Source of the DNA: Heterodontus francisci
Taxonomy: Eukaryota
Assembly: GCF_036365525.1 (NCBI RefSeq)
Contig: NC_090405.1
Span: 55,530,308 to 55,594,307, forward strand
Length of the DNA: 64,000 nucleotides
Direction of reading: 5' to 3'
Shown here in pieces: positions 36,779-50,195 of the stretch. The translations under genes and the position numbers were made by a program. The notes under the pieces were generated by a model that worked only from the letters and a program-made list of their open reading frames with translations, had not been told where the DNA came from and ran no database searches. Every line of letters begins with the position of its first letter. Position 1 is the stretch's first letter.

Positions 36779-37575
36779 GGGAGGCGGTGGCGTAGTGGTA
36801 TTGTCACTAGACTAGTAACTCAGAGACCCAGGGTATTTCTCTGGGGACATGGGTTCGAATCCCACCACAGCAGAAGGTGGAATTTGAATTTAATTAATAA
36901 ATCTGGAATTAAAAGCTAGTCCAATGATGGCCATGAAACCATTGTCGATTGTTGTAAAAACCCATCTGGTTCACTATAGTCCTTTAGGGAAGGAAATCTG
37001 CTGTCCTTACCTGGTCTGGCCTACATGTGACTCCAGATCCACAACAATGTGGTTGACTCTGAAATGGCCTCTGAAATGACCTAGCAAGCCACTCAGTTGT
37101 AAATAACTGCTACAAAGTCAATAAAAAAGAATGAAACCGGACGGACCACCCAGCATCGACCTAGGCATCGGAAACAACAACGGCAAACCCAGCCCTGTCG
37201 ACCCTACAAAGTCCTCCTTACTAACATCTGGGAGCTTGTGCCAAAGTCAGGAGAGCTGTCACACAGACTAGTCAAGCAACAGCCTGACATAGTCATACTC
37301 ACAGAATCATACCTTACAGACAATGTCCCAGACACTGCCATCACCATCCCCGGGTATGTCCTGTCCCACTGGCAGGACAGACCCAGCAGAGGTGGTGGCA
37401 CAGTGGTATACAGTCGGGAGGGAGTTGCTTTGGGAGTCCTCAACATCGACTCTGGACCCCATGAAGTCTCATGGCATCAGGTCAAACATGGGCAAGGAAA
37501 CCTCCTGCTGATTACCTCCCACTGCCCTCCCTCAGCTGATGAGTCAGTACTCCTCCATGTTGAACACCACTTGGA
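36779..37575 (+). mobile_element. 5' part of the tRNA-headed LINE, including the start of the APE endonuclease
   Basis: Same head as 25864 (B-box GGTTCGAATCC), then KVLLTNIWELVPKSGELSHRLVKQQPDIVILTESYL...DRPSRGGGTVVY. Confidence 0.9.
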
Positions 37576-37955
37576 TGTAGCAACAGCCTGCCACGTAAAA
37601 CAGGCATTAAATTAAAAGAAAATCTTACCCCTACCTCCCCTGAAGGCACGTGCTCCAATCGGCACTCAGTGTTTGGGTTCAGCATTTGGTACCAAAGGTT
37701 GATTGGTGCCCATGGAAACCGTGTCGCAGCAAAAGTCAGGAGAGGTGGGGAAGAAAATTGGGGAGGGCCGTGATTAAAATCAAATAAAGGCATATTAAAT
37801 TGATGTGTTAATCTTTTAAACTGAGAATCACTTGAGCCAGTAAACAACAATCAAACTCCAAACTCTCAGTCTTTAATATTCCTTAAACCTGTTATAACCA
37901 ATATTAATGCACAGATACTCTCAAGGTAGGAGTTGTCGATTTGTGCGACTCTTAC

Positions 37956-38172
37956 CTGTTTACGCCATCCCTGGCGTAATATACGGAGTATGCAAGGATC
38001 TCTGCGTTAGGCTCTGCGGGCGGACGCCATGTCAGCTTGATGAAGCGGGTGGAGACGAGGAGTGCCATCACATCCCGAGGGGCAGAGGGCAGGAGTCCAG
38101 CTGTGGCGGCTGCTAGATGGTCAGCAGTGGCACTTGTCAGTGAGGGAGGGGGAAATGTGGGGATGGGAACAT
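37956..38172 (-). CDS. NEO1: NEO1 exon ~8, long form 217 nt (short form starts at 38112, 157 nt); Ig4-FN1 linker and FN1 start
   Basis: cctaag|AT GTT CCC... encodes [20 protein letters not shown]; internal ctag|CA GCC... encodes [53 protein letters not shown]; donor gtaaga. Confidence 0.93.
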
Positions 38173-38794
38173 CTTAGGTACAGGCAGGGATGGGTGCAGG
38201 ACGGCAGACACAACAATAAACAAAACAAAAATAAAAATAAAAAAAAGGAGAAAAAGAAAAGAAAATAAACCAAACCAAAGCACAACGGGAACATAACAAA
38301 ATGAACAAACACAGATAGGGCAAACGAGTAACTCGCTGCAGAACTAAAAGGGAGGTGTACACACGTTACAGTAACAGCACCATCAAAAGGCAGGCAAACA
38401 GCAACACATTACACCAACGTACTTGCACAGTTCAACAAGTAGCACAACACCATGTCACTGCAGCTGTTGCTTAGAGTACAGAACCTTCCGAATCCCACCC
38501 ATCCTGAAATATTCCAATTAAAGAAAGATAAAATTCGGAATTCATGATTATGTCCAATATTCAGCACTACAGGAGAACTGAATCTCTTTGTAGGCTTTCC
38601 TGTGCTTTTCCTTTTTAAACAAGAAGTTTTGCAAGAAACTACCCTTTTTGGAAAGCCCCCAGTGTTTCAAAGCTTGTACTCCAAGAGTTATCAGATGCAA
38701 ATGGAACAAGGAACCACAGGACTATTCTGGATAAACACTGTATTTCCGCACTTGCATCACATATCAAGATAAAATGCAGAAACTGTGGTACAGA

Positions 38795-40072
38795 TCCCAG
38801 GTTTACTGGCCCAATCCTATCCCAGGTTCACCGGCCCAGTCCTATCCCAGGTTTACTGGCCCAATCCTATCCCAGGTTCACCGGCCCAGTCCTATTCCAG
38901 GTTTACTGGTCCTGTCTTATCCCAGGTTTACTGGTCCTGTCCTATCTCAGATTTACTGGTCCTGTCCTATCCCAGGTTTACTGGTCCAGTCCTATCCCAG
39001 GTTTACTGGTCCTGTCCTATCCCAGGTTTACTGATCCTGTCCTATCTCAGGTTTACTGGCCCAGTCTTATAAAAGTTTACTGGCCCCATCCTATCCCAGG
39101 TTTACTGGCCCAGTCTTATCCCAGATTTACTGGCCCATCTTATCCCAGGTTTACTGGTCCTGTCCTATCTCAGGTTTACTGGCCCAGTCTTATTCCAGAT
39201 TTACTGGCTCAGTCTTATCCCAGATTTACTGGTCCTGTCCTATCCCAGGTTTACTGGCCCAGTCTTATCCCAGAATTACTGGTCCTGTCCTATCCCAGGT
39301 TTACTGGCCCAGTCTTATCCCAGATTTACTGGCCCAGTCTTATCCCAGATTTACTGGCCCAGTCTTATCCCAGGTTTACTGGTCCTGTCTTATCCCAGGT
39401 TTACTGATCCTGTCCTATCTCAGGTTTACTGGTCCTGTCCTATCCCAGGTTTACTGGTCCAGTCCTATCCCAGGTTTACTGGTCCTGTCCTATCCCAGGT
39501 TTACTGGTCCTGTCCTATCCCAGGTTTACTGGTCCTGTCCTATCCCAGGTTTACTGGCCCAGTCTTATCCCAGAATTACTGGTCCTGTCCTATCCCAGGT
39601 TTACTGGCCCAGTCTTATCCCAGATTTACTGGCCCAGTCTTATCCCAGGTTTACTGGTCCTGTCTTATCCCAGGTTTACTGATCCTGTCCTATCTCAGGT
39701 TTACTGGTCCTGTCCTATCCCAGGTTTACTGGTCCAGTCCTATCCCAGGTTTACTGGTCCTGTCCTATCCCAGGTTTACTGGTCCTGTCCTATCCCAGGT
39801 TTACTGGTCCTGTCCTATCCCAGGTTTACTGGTCCTGTCCTATTCCAGGTTTACTGGTCCTGTCCTATCTCAGGTTTACTGGTCCTGTCCTATCCCAGAA
39901 TTACTGGTCCTGTCTTATCCCAGGTTTACTGGTCCTGTCCTATCCCAGGTTTACTGGTCCTGTCCTATCCCAGGTTTACTGGTCCTGTCCTATCCCAGGT
40001 TTACTGGTCCTGTCCTATCTCAGGTTTACTGGTCCTGTCCTATCCCAGGTTTACTGATCCTGTCCAATCTCA
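38795..40072 (+). repeat. 25-bp minisatellite (CCCAGGTTTACTGGTCCTGTCCTAT)n
   Basis: About 50 units. Confidence 0.96.
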
Positions 40073-42069
40073 GGGTGCCTTTGTTTGGTAATCTAAAAGC
40101 AAGCAACTTAGCCTATCGCTGTATAACCATCATTAATCTATCAAGGACCAGTCTATCAGAGGGTCCTGCTAATTGTGCAGTCTAAGACTTCCATCATCTG
40201 GATACAGTTGGGAGGAGGGGGAAGAGTTTGAGTCTGCGCTTAGCACTGGGCACAGCTGATGCCAGATGGATTCACATCAAGCCTCTAGGGCACGACTCCC
40301 TGACGCTGCCCTAACAAAACAACATGTTCTGAAATCACAATATAAACACTGTAAGCACTCTGGGTTGATTTGATGATATCTGATATGACATTGAGCCTAT
40401 TGCGTTAGTTACGAGAAACCCACCTCACTCCCCCAAGGATAGACAGTGTTTAATTGCAACGTAAGATTGGAGATGAAGTCGGAGCTCAGCTGCAACTCTG
40501 GAATCAAACAGATATCTGAACAAACAGAGTCAGTCTCTAACAGAGCTGGGCATTTCAGCTCTGGTGCAGTTCACGTTAAGCAGCTTTTAATCAACTGGAC
40601 CAGTTCTGGGACACGGTGCTTAATCAACAGCCTACTGGTCACTAAAGATTGAGAGAGGAGTTTAAATATATAAACTGCACTGTGCAAAAAAGTTCAAGTG
40701 AATTTTGATGTCAGAAACTAACAAATAAACTTTAAATATTTCTGTATTATGCATGGAAATATGATTGTTCCCTTCATCACTGAGAACTCACCAAGCCAAT
40801 AGTAATAATGGAAAGGGAAAACACTGCTGAGATCGAGCTTATACTGTCACAATTATTATTCTCTCCTGTTCAGGCTCAACGCAGGTTCCACACTGACCCC
40901 CTTTCTCTTCCCCTTCTCCATGAGTTGGTGCAATTCACTGCCTGATGTTGCCATCCAAGTTCTCTTAACATCTTTCAGTTGGGCAACTCATAGTGCAATG
41001 CAAATTAGTAAAAGTAGTTTTAAAAAAAAATATTGGAGATTTTCTGTAAGCAAAATAATTTTGTCATGTTAAATTATATTGTTTTACCAAATGGATGTGT
41101 GAATGTTTGTGAGCAGAATATAGCAGTAAAATATTGCTGCTAATTCAGTATCTCTGGTCATTATTTTACCTTTGTCTGTGTCCTGTATCTGCATGCAAAG
41201 AATGGGACCCACATTTCAGTGCCCTGCTTTTGTAGCCTAGTTCCTGGTCTCACGGATAGCACCAAGATCACAACCATACTTTCAACGTAGGAGATGCAAA
41301 CTTAATGGGGACCACAAGAGAAAGAAATCATAAACATCTTCAGCAGGAGACAGGGAGAACACGTGTCCATATGTTAGGATGCAAAGAGGCCTCATTACTG
41401 TGTAATATTGACTTCTTGTGAACATGTCTTCAATCAGCCCTGCACACAACAGTAAATAAAACCTCCCTCTGTACCGTGCTGGGACTGGAGACCAAGACCC
41501 ATGCTCCTCGCTCACTGGACTGTCAGCCTAGAGCAACACTTGGTTCCTGGGACTGGAAACTCCTATCCCAGGGGTTACAGGGTTGGGTGGAGGGGGGGAG
41601 GTTGGGGGTGTGGGCTCTGCTTCCTGTTGCACTTGCTCTCTGCAATGAGTTTCAACAATAATTTCTCAGTGGGCAGGAAGCTCACTGCTGATATAGACAA
41701 CAACAGGATAGCAGATCAGGGAATGGATATTAAAACAACCAATCAATACACGGAGATTTATAATGGAAATTTAACAGTAAATCAATACACTGAGTGATTA
41801 TAGGAGTGGAGTTAGATTCATCTCCAGTCACAATGTCCTATTCCCTCTGACAACACTAAGGGTAGTATTTGACAGTTACTGTTTTTAGTAATAAAATGAA
41901 AGACAAGTACACAATAGTGCTTACTGTTGTACAGTCTCAGCCATGGTTTTTGCTAAAAATAGTAACGAAAGGAAACCCCAATCAGTGTAAATCCACTGAG
42001 AGATCCATCGAGTGGCCTGTGTGGCTCTCACATTGCATAATTGGATAAAATGAAACACAAGTTGTCCTC

Positions 42070-42530
42070 TCAAGGCTCAGCTGGTTTATCCAGTGAAATG
42101 CTGAGCTGTATGGGTTAGGAAAATTTCACATTTAATTCCCAGTCCATGTTAAGTGATGTCAGTCAGGGCTGCAGTTAGGGTGCTACATTGGCCTCAGCAC
42201 CCCTGACCAAGGAGCAAGGTGGAATTGGCTAGGGGTTCCTTGACTGATCACTATTCAGAGTCACCACCTTAAATGACCCTTTTTTTTAAGGAAGGTTATT
42301 ACTTCTTCCCTGTAGTTCTTTCCTACTGCGACCATTTGCTGTCCCAGAGAGGTTGCACAAATTCCTTTTCCCTGTGCTCCCGTCAGTGTGTGAGGATAGC
42401 ATCAGGCTCAGTTGTGATATCGCTGCAGTCAAATAGGCCACAAGCATTGACTGGGCTCACAAGTGAAGCTGTTCACTTGGGTGACAGACAAAAGGCACAT
42501 CTGTGGAGCCACACCCTAGGAAGTCAGCAA
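42070..42530 (+). repeat. Old unclassified interspersed repeat; related copies at ~10290-10530, ~16890-17130, ~22610-22830, ~28330-28660, ~36490-36730, ~54900-55070
   Basis: Shared motifs ATTGGCCTCAG(C/T)(A/G)CCCCT, TGATCACTAT and GTGAGGA(T/C)AG in both orientations. Confidence 0.5.
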
Positions 42531-42659
42531 GAAAGGAGAAAAAGAACTGAATACGAACAGCCAATACCAGCTCTTAGATCACAGCTGCTCATCGCTGCCT
42601 GACCTGACATACCGTTTGTTGCTAGAAAAATTAATCTTACTGAGGTGAATGGATTTATC

Positions 42660-43400
42660 TTGAATCTCTCCCTACAGGGGCGTACACACACTGGACTATA
42701 TTGAATCTCTCCCTACAGGGGCGTACACACACTGGACTATATTGAATCTCTCCCTACAGGGGCGTACACACACTGGACTATATTGAATCTCTCCCGACAG
42801 GGGCGTACACACACTGGACTATATTGAATCTCTCCCGACAGGGGCGTACACACACTGGACTATATTGAATCTCTCCCGACAGGGGCGTACACACACTGGA
42901 CTATATTGAATCTTTCCCGACAGGGGCGTACACACACTGGACTATATTGAATCTCTCCCGACAGGGGCGTACACACACTGGACTATATTGAATCTCTCCC
43001 GACAGGGGCGTACACACACTGGACTATATCGAATCTCTCCCTACAGGGGCGTACACACACTGGACTATATTGAATCTCTCCCTACAGGGGCGTACACACA
43101 CTGGACTATATTGAATCACTCCCTACAGGGGCGTACACACACTGGACTATATCGAATCTCTCCCTACAGGGGCGTACACACACTGGACTATATTGAATCT
43201 CTCCCTACAGGGGCGTACACACACTGGACTATATTGAATTTCTCCCTACAGGGGCGTACACACACTGGACTATATTGAATTTCTCCCTACAGGGGCGTAC
43301 ACACACTGGACTATATCGAATCTCTCCCTACAGGGGCGTACACACACTGGACTATATTGAATTTCTCCCGACAGGGGCGTACACACACTGCACTATATTG
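42660..43400 (+). repeat. 41-bp minisatellite (TTGAATCTCTCCCTACAGGGGCGTACACACACTGGACTATA)n
   Basis: About 18 highly homogeneous units. Confidence 0.96.
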
Positions 43401-43727
43401 CCCTCCAATGGGCAAAAAAGTAGATCTTCATCCAGCTGGGTTGCCTCCTACCCTACCATCAAGAAATGTTGTCACAACTTGAGCAGCCAGCTTCCATGAG
43501 AAGGTCCTCTAACTAGAGCAGCCAAGAATGCAGTACATAAAGGATCAGATCGTCAACTAATGATTATCCCTCCATCCAGACGTAGCCAAATAGAGATTGG
43601 GCATTGGCTTATGGAGGAGGAAGGAAGTTGAGGTATTCACCACCTGCCAGGCACTTGCAAGTACCTTTTGGTATAAGTTGAAGGGGGCACTGGCAGGAAC
43701 AGGGGGGAAAAGGAATTTGCGCAAACT

Positions 43728-44792
43728 ATCATTAAGGGAGGATCTAAGGCATTAGAGAGGGTGCAGAAAAGATTAACGAGAATGGTTCCAGGGATGAGGA
43801 ACTTCAGTTACATGGATAGATTGGAGAACAAAGAACAGTACAGCACAGGAACAGGCCATTCGGCCCTCCAAGCCTGCGCCGATCTTGATGCCTGTCTAAA
43901 CTAAAACCTTCTGCACTTCCGGGGTCCGTATCCCTCTATTCCCATCCTATTCATGCATTTGTCAAGATGCCTCTTAAACGTCTCTATCGTATCTGCTTCC
44001 ACCACCTCCCCCGGCAGCAAGTTGCAGGCACTCCCCACCCTCTGTGTAAAGAACTTGCCTCGCACATCCCCTCTAAACTTTGCCCCTCTCACCTTAAACC
44101 TATGTCCCCTAGTAACTGACTCTTCCATCCTGGGAAAAAGCTTCTGACTATCCACTCTGTCCATGCCGCTCATAACTTTGTAAACCTCTATCATGTCACC
44201 CCCTCCACCTCCGTCGTTCCAGTGAAAACAATCTGAGTTTATCCAACCTCTCCTCATAGCTAATGCCCTCCAGACCAGGCAATATCCTGGTAAACCTCTT
44301 CTGTACCCTCTCCAAAGCCTCCACGTCCTTCTGGTAGTGTGGCGACCAGAATTGCATGCAATATTGCACGCAAGAAGCTGGGGCTGTTTGCCTTGGAGAA
44401 GAGAAGATTAAGAGGAGATTTGATAGAGGTGTTCAAAATCATGAGGGATCTGGACAGAGTAGATAGGGAGAAACTGTCCCCATTGACAGAAGGATCAAGA
44501 ACCAGAAGACACTGATTTAAGGTAATTGGCAAAAGAAGCAAAAGCGACATGAGGAAAAACTTTTGAATGTACCTAGTGGTTAGGTTCTGAAATGCAGAGC
44601 CTTGAGAGCATGGTGGAGGCAGATTCAATCATGGCTTTCATAGGGGAATTGTATAATTATCTGAAGAGAAAAAAAGTGTAGAGCTACCGAGGAAAGACAG
44701 GTGAGTGGGACTGGGTGAGATGCCCTTGCAGAGGGCCGGCACAACAGGATGGGCTGAATGGCCTCCTTCTATGCTGTAACCATTCTATGATG
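43728..44792 (+). mobile_element. CR1 3' fragment (+) with a nested antisense CR1 at ~43829-44372
   Basis: Outer copy GATAGATTGGAGAA|GCTGGGGCTG split by a minus-strand CR1 (TRGHRFKVRGAKFRGDVRGKFFTQRV); AGAA occurs at both junctions. Confidence 0.88.
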
Positions 44793-45106
44793 CTAAGCAA
44801 AAATAACCTTCTTTCAAAAATGGGTCATTTAAGAAAAGATAGTCCTTGTCGATACGGTATCAGTTCGAAGTGCTGCATCGTCAGTAGCCTCGCCACATGC
44901 TGCATACTGGAAACATGTACAAGCTGTTCTTAGCCCAGAGCAAGCAGAGCTGTTGCTGATAGCAGTATTATACCATCTGCCTCACTGCCTCTGCCACCTG
45001 TTTCCTATTCACTCTGACTGCCAAGTCCTGAGATCTGACAGTGTCCTGTGGGCTCCCCCTTCCTTGGCAGCACCTGGCATGCACGGCTGTGCTGCTTCTC
45101 ACTTAC

Positions 45107-45227
45107 CATGCTCCAGGATGATGAGCTGGGCACTGGCTCGTTCATTCCCTACATCGTTCTCCGCCACACACTGATACAGACCTTCGTCAGATTTCACCAG
45201 ACCAAGAACCTGCAGGTTCCGCTCATT
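45107..45227 (-). CDS. NEO1: NEO1 exon ~7 (121 nt), Ig4 C-terminal half
   Basis: tttcag|AAT GAG CGG...GAG CAT G|gtaagt; [40 protein letters not shown]; not present in the ORF track. Confidence 0.95.
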
Positions 45228-45811
45228 CTGAAAGATACAGCAAAGAGCAATGCTGAAACATTACCTGCCACACAATTACCAAGCTGGGCAAATCCTAAAC
45301 TTTAACATTTAATACTCTTCTGAGACGAAGAATAAGGCACATTGTTGGGGCAGAAAGAAGAAAGCTTATTAATTTGTGCAATGTATGTGGCTTGTTCATG
45401 TTTGATACCAACAATGGGGACAAACAGTGGGAAATATTTCGTGTTCCCAACAGATTATGTGCTGCATGAACATAATAGAGAAAGCAGCCCTGCCAATTAA
45501 CACCTTAATACTCGTAACACTTAATGATCACAGAACAGAGAGAAAACTGTCACTGTTACCAGGAATTCAAGAGATTCAACTCCATTGAAAGCAGATATCG
45601 GGTCAGTCAGAAACCCAAAGATTCTACCCAAGCACACACAGCAAACACCAGGTTTTGCACAAATGGAGCGAAGCAAAGGTTTCCCACTGGCCTGGTTGGT
45701 TATCAAGTTATACAGGCCAGAACTTCACAAACTTGTTACCCAGGTTGTGTTTAGTTAGATGGTCAGCTAGGAAAAAGTTGGTGTACTACAAATGGGTTCA
45801 GTGTGTGCAGA

Positions 45812-45950
45812 ACTACATGTGACTCCAGGCACACAGCAATGTGGTTGACTCTTAACTCTGAATTCAGTTGACAAGGGCAATTAGGGATGGGCAACAAATG
45901 TTGTCCTTACCAGCAATGTCCACATCCTATGAAACAAATTTTGTAAAAAA
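45812..45950 (+). mobile_element. 5'-truncated SINE of the head+tail type seen at 9804
   Basis: CTACATGTGACTCCAG...CAGCAATGTGGTTGACTCTT joined within ~20 nt to AAGGGCAATTAGGGATGGGCAA. Confidence 0.75.
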
Positions 45951-45967
45951 TTGAATGGGTAGTGCCA

Positions 45968-48190
45968 TCCGAATCCAAAACTAGGGTCCTGAATCTAAAT
46001 AAAGGAAACTACGAAGGTATGAAGCGTGAGTTGGCCATGGTAGATTGGGGAACTTTACTAAAAGGGTTGACGGTGGATAGGCAATGGATAATATTTAAAG
46101 AACGTGTGCATGAATTACAACAATTATTCATTCCTGTCTGGCGCAAAAATAAAACCGGAAAGGTGGCTCAATCGTGGTTTACAAAAGAAATTAGGGTTAG
46201 TATCAGATCCAATGAGAAGGCATACAAAATTGCCAGAAAAAGCAGCAAGGACTGGGAGCAGTTTAGAATTCAGCAAAGGAGGACAAAGAGGTTGATTAAG
46301 CAGGGGAAAAGAGAGTATGAGAGTAAACTTGCGGGGAACATAAAAACTGACTGTAAAATCTTCTATAAATAGGTGAAGAGGAAAAGATTAGTGAAGACAA
46401 ATGTAGGTCCCTTACAGTCAGAAACGGAGGAAATTATAATGGGCAACAAAGAAATAGCAGAACAATTAAATACATACTTTGGTTCTGTCTTCACAAAGGA
46501 GGAAGCAAATAACTTCCCAGAAATGTTAGGGAACCAAGGGTCTAATGAGAGGGAGGAACTGAAGGAAATCAGTATTCGTAAAAAAAATAGTGCGAGGGAA
46601 ATTAATGGGGTTAAAGGCTGACAAATCCCAAGGGCCTGATAATCTACATCCCAGAGTACTAAAGGAAGTGGCCCTGGAAATAGTGGATGCATTGGTGGTC
46701 ATCTTCCAAAATTCTATAGACTCTGGAACAGTTCCTACAGATTGGAGGGTGGCAAATGTAACCCCACTATTTAAAAAAGGAGGGAGAGAAAAAACAGGGA
46801 ACTATAGACCAGTTAGTCTTACATCAGTAGTGGGGAAAATGCTAGAATCTATTATAAAGGATGTGACAGCAGAACACTTAGAAAGCATAAACAGGATTGG
46901 ACAAAATCAGCATGGGTTTGTGAAAAGGAAATCATGTTTAACAAATTTACTGGAGTTTTTTGAGGATGTAACTAGTAGCATAGATAAGGGAGAAGCAGTG
47001 GATGTGGTGTATTTGGATTTTCAGAAGGCTTTTGATAAGGTCCCACATAAGAGGTTAAGTGTGCAAAATTAAAGCACATGGGATTGGGGGTAATATACTG
47101 GCATGGTTGACAGACAGGAAAGAGAGCATAGGAATAAACAGGTCTTTTTCCGGGTGGCAGGCAGTGACTAGTGGGGTACCGCAGGGATTAGTGCTTGGGC
47201 CCCAGCTATTCACAATATATATTAATGACTTAGGTGAGGGAACTAAATGTAGCATTTCCAAGTTTGCAGACGACACAAAGCTGGGGGGCGGGGGCGGGGG
47301 CGGGGGGGGGGGAATGTGAACTGTGAGAAGGACGCAATGAGGCTCCAATGTGATTTGGACAAGTTGGATGAGTGGGCAAATGCATGGCAGATGCAGTATA
47401 ATGTGGATAAATGTGAGGTTATCCAATTTGGTTGTAAAAGCAGAAAGGCAGATTATTATCTGAATGGTGATAGATTGGGAAAGGGGGAGATGCAACGAGA
47501 TCTGGGTATCCTTGTACACCAGTTGCTGAAAGCAAGCATTCAGTGCAGCAAGCAATTAGGAAGGCAAATGGTATGTTGGCCTTCATTGCAAGAGGATTTG
47601 AGCACAGGAGCAAGGATGTCTTACTGCAGTTATACAGGGCCTTGGTGAGACCACATCTAGAGTATTGTGTGCAGTTTTGGTCGCCTTATCTGAGGAAGGA
47701 TGTTCTTGCCTTGGAGGGAGTGCAAAGAAGATTTACTAGGCTGATTCCTGGGATGGCAGGATTAATGTATGAGGAGAGATTGGGTCGACTGGGCCTATAT
47801 TCACTAGAGTTTAGAAGAATGAGAGGGGATCTCATTGAAACCTATAAAATTCTAACAGGACTAGACAGGCTAGATGCAGGGAGGATGTTCCCGATGGCTG
47901 GAGAGTCCAGAACCAGGGGTCACAGTCTCAGGATACAGGGTATGTCCTTTAGAACCGAGATGAGGAGAAATTTCTTCACTCAGAGGGTGGTGAACCTGTG
48001 GAATTCTCTACCACAGAAGACAGTGGAGGCCAAGTCATTAAATATATTCAAGAAGGAGATAGATATATTTCTTAATGCCAAAGGGATCAAGGGATCTGGG
48101 GAGAAAGTGGGAACAGGGTACTGAATTAGACGATTAGCCATGATCTTTTCTGAAGGGCCGTATGGCCTACTCCTGCTCCTATTTTCTATG
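45968..48190 (+). mobile_element. CR1 LINE, 5'-truncated, frameshifted ORF2
   Basis: [56 protein letters not shown]; 3'UTR. Confidence 0.95.
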
Positions 48191-49422
48191 TGCTGTCAGG
48201 AGAGGAGATGAGAATATTCGAAATAACACACAAATCCAAAGATAATAACTCAAGTTATTTGGGTTTTTACAGGATGAACACAGAAGGCATAAAGTGATTG
48301 GGACAAATAGGTTAGCAGGTGCAAAACTGATCCAGAATATTGAGCAAGCTGAAGAACAGGTGTTAGGACTGGTCCTGTGCACTAAGTGCAGGATCAATGC
48401 AAATTCCAACTGCTGCTGCACACACTGAACCCAAGAACTGTACACCAAGGAATCAGCCTTAATCATAGAGGCTTAGCCCAGCCAGCCAGACTCAATCCCC
48501 CAGCAGATCATGTCCCCTTTCTCACCTACTTACTAAGAATCCGAGGGAGATATCACATTATTGCTCTCAAGAAAGGCACCAAGTGTGGCTGTCCAGCACA
48601 ACAGTCTATGGACACTGATATAAATCACTATAAATACAGCCCGTATATCATCACAGTTAGAAACATACGCTACCCTCCCTTCCACCAATATTAACATGGT
48701 TAATGCCTGTAAGAGTCCATACGAAATACAGGGAAAAGCTATAAATATTGTCAACTGGGAAGTTTTTATTTATAGCTTATTTTGTGGATGTTGTGCTTGT
48801 CCTTTTGTTGCAGAAGTTAAACCATCACAAGCATCTGTCACATTTTATAGCAGACATCAGCAGAAGGTCGGGCAGGAAATTAAAGCCATGTGAATTTTTT
48901 GTTGTTGGTTTGCTCACTGTGGTGAATATGTAACTTACTGTGCTTCACATGTGATGCTAAGAGGCCAGATCTCCACCAGCCTTTCCGTGAACAGCACAGG
49001 ATGTACACAATAAACCGGAGTGTGGACAGAAATTATTAGTGCTATCAGCAAGGTTATTATTGGGAATTCAATGTAGGGTGAGGTATGCACCGTGTCCACA
49101 GGAGAGGCGAGTAGGAGTGGGAGGGGGAGTGAGAATGGGAGGGGGAGAAGGAGGGCGGAGGGAGACGGGAAGGGGGAGGGCGGAGGGGGAGGGGCAGGGG
49201 CAGAGGGAGGGCAGAGTGGGAGAGGGAGTAGGATGGGAAGGGGGAGTGAGAGTGAGTGTGGGGGGAAGGGGGAGGGCGGAGGGGGAGTGGGAGTAGGATG
49301 GGAAGGGGGAGTGAGAATGAGAGTGAGAGCGGGAGTGGGAGAGTGTGTGTGTGTGTGAGGGAGGGAGGGGGAGGGGAAGGGCTAGTACGAGGGGGAGGAG
49401 CACAATCCAAACATTTACTTAC

Positions 49423-49577
49423 GACAATCTTAAAATAATCGCTCGGGATCACCATGTCTCCATTCTTTATCCATTTCACAGTTGGCATTGGGTTCCCTGT
49501 CACTTCGCATTCAAAGACAATGTCCATGGACTCGTGAGCGTAAATGTTGACCGGACGCTTCAGGAAGCGAGGGGGAG
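49423..49577 (-). CDS. NEO1: NEO1 exon ~6 (155 nt), Ig4 N-terminal half
   Basis: ttttacag|CT CCC...ATT GTC|gtaagt; [51 protein letters not shown]. Confidence 0.96.
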
Positions 49578-49684
49578 CTGTAAAAAAAAATGGGAATGGT
49601 AAACACACGAACTGCAGACGCTGCCCCCACCACAAACACTTCACTCTATTGAGGCAGGGGATGAGCTGTGCGATCATTGGGATT

Positions 49685-50195
49685 TCGGGAAAGTGTAACA
49701 GTAAAGTGTGCGAAATTTTCAATTTACTCCCACTCGAACTCAGCAGTACAATTGCAAGTTCCGTCCTCCCAAACGGGGATTGTGTTTGATGAGCACTCTG
49801 AGCTGTGTGACACTGAGGTGAAATACTGAAGGTTACTTTATCACTGCTGCTAGAAGTGGGAGCAATTTAAGGTGATGAATTAAGTCAATCACTCACAGAA
49901 TGTGTCACACGTTACAGTGTGTCAACTTCAGGCTGATATTTTTTCTCACAGAGTATTGGTACTCGACTAAATAACCTGGGGAGGACTACACTTACAACTG
50001 GCACAAAGCCTGGTCACCAGAGATTGGAAACTGGCACTTCCCAAAAAAAAAATCAGAGCAAGAATGAAGCAAGTCTTTTGAAAAACAAGTCTTTCACAGA
50101 AACCATCTCTAGGACTCTAAGATCAGTTTGGGGATTATAATTTAAACAAACATTTTTACAGACAGTAAGGTGAGACTGTGTTCCTGGAACATACA
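49685..50195 (+). repeat. Intron-5 repeat copy A (inverted partner B ~53230-54830; partial direct copy C ~57480-57790)
   Basis: Alignable by eye; core 49738-49875 matches reverse complement of 54295-54433 with 2 mismatches. Confidence 0.9.

Noticed and set aside
45962-48124. Active reverse transcriptase gene
   Set aside because: 5'-truncated with stops and frameshifts; the same applies to the other LINE copies here.
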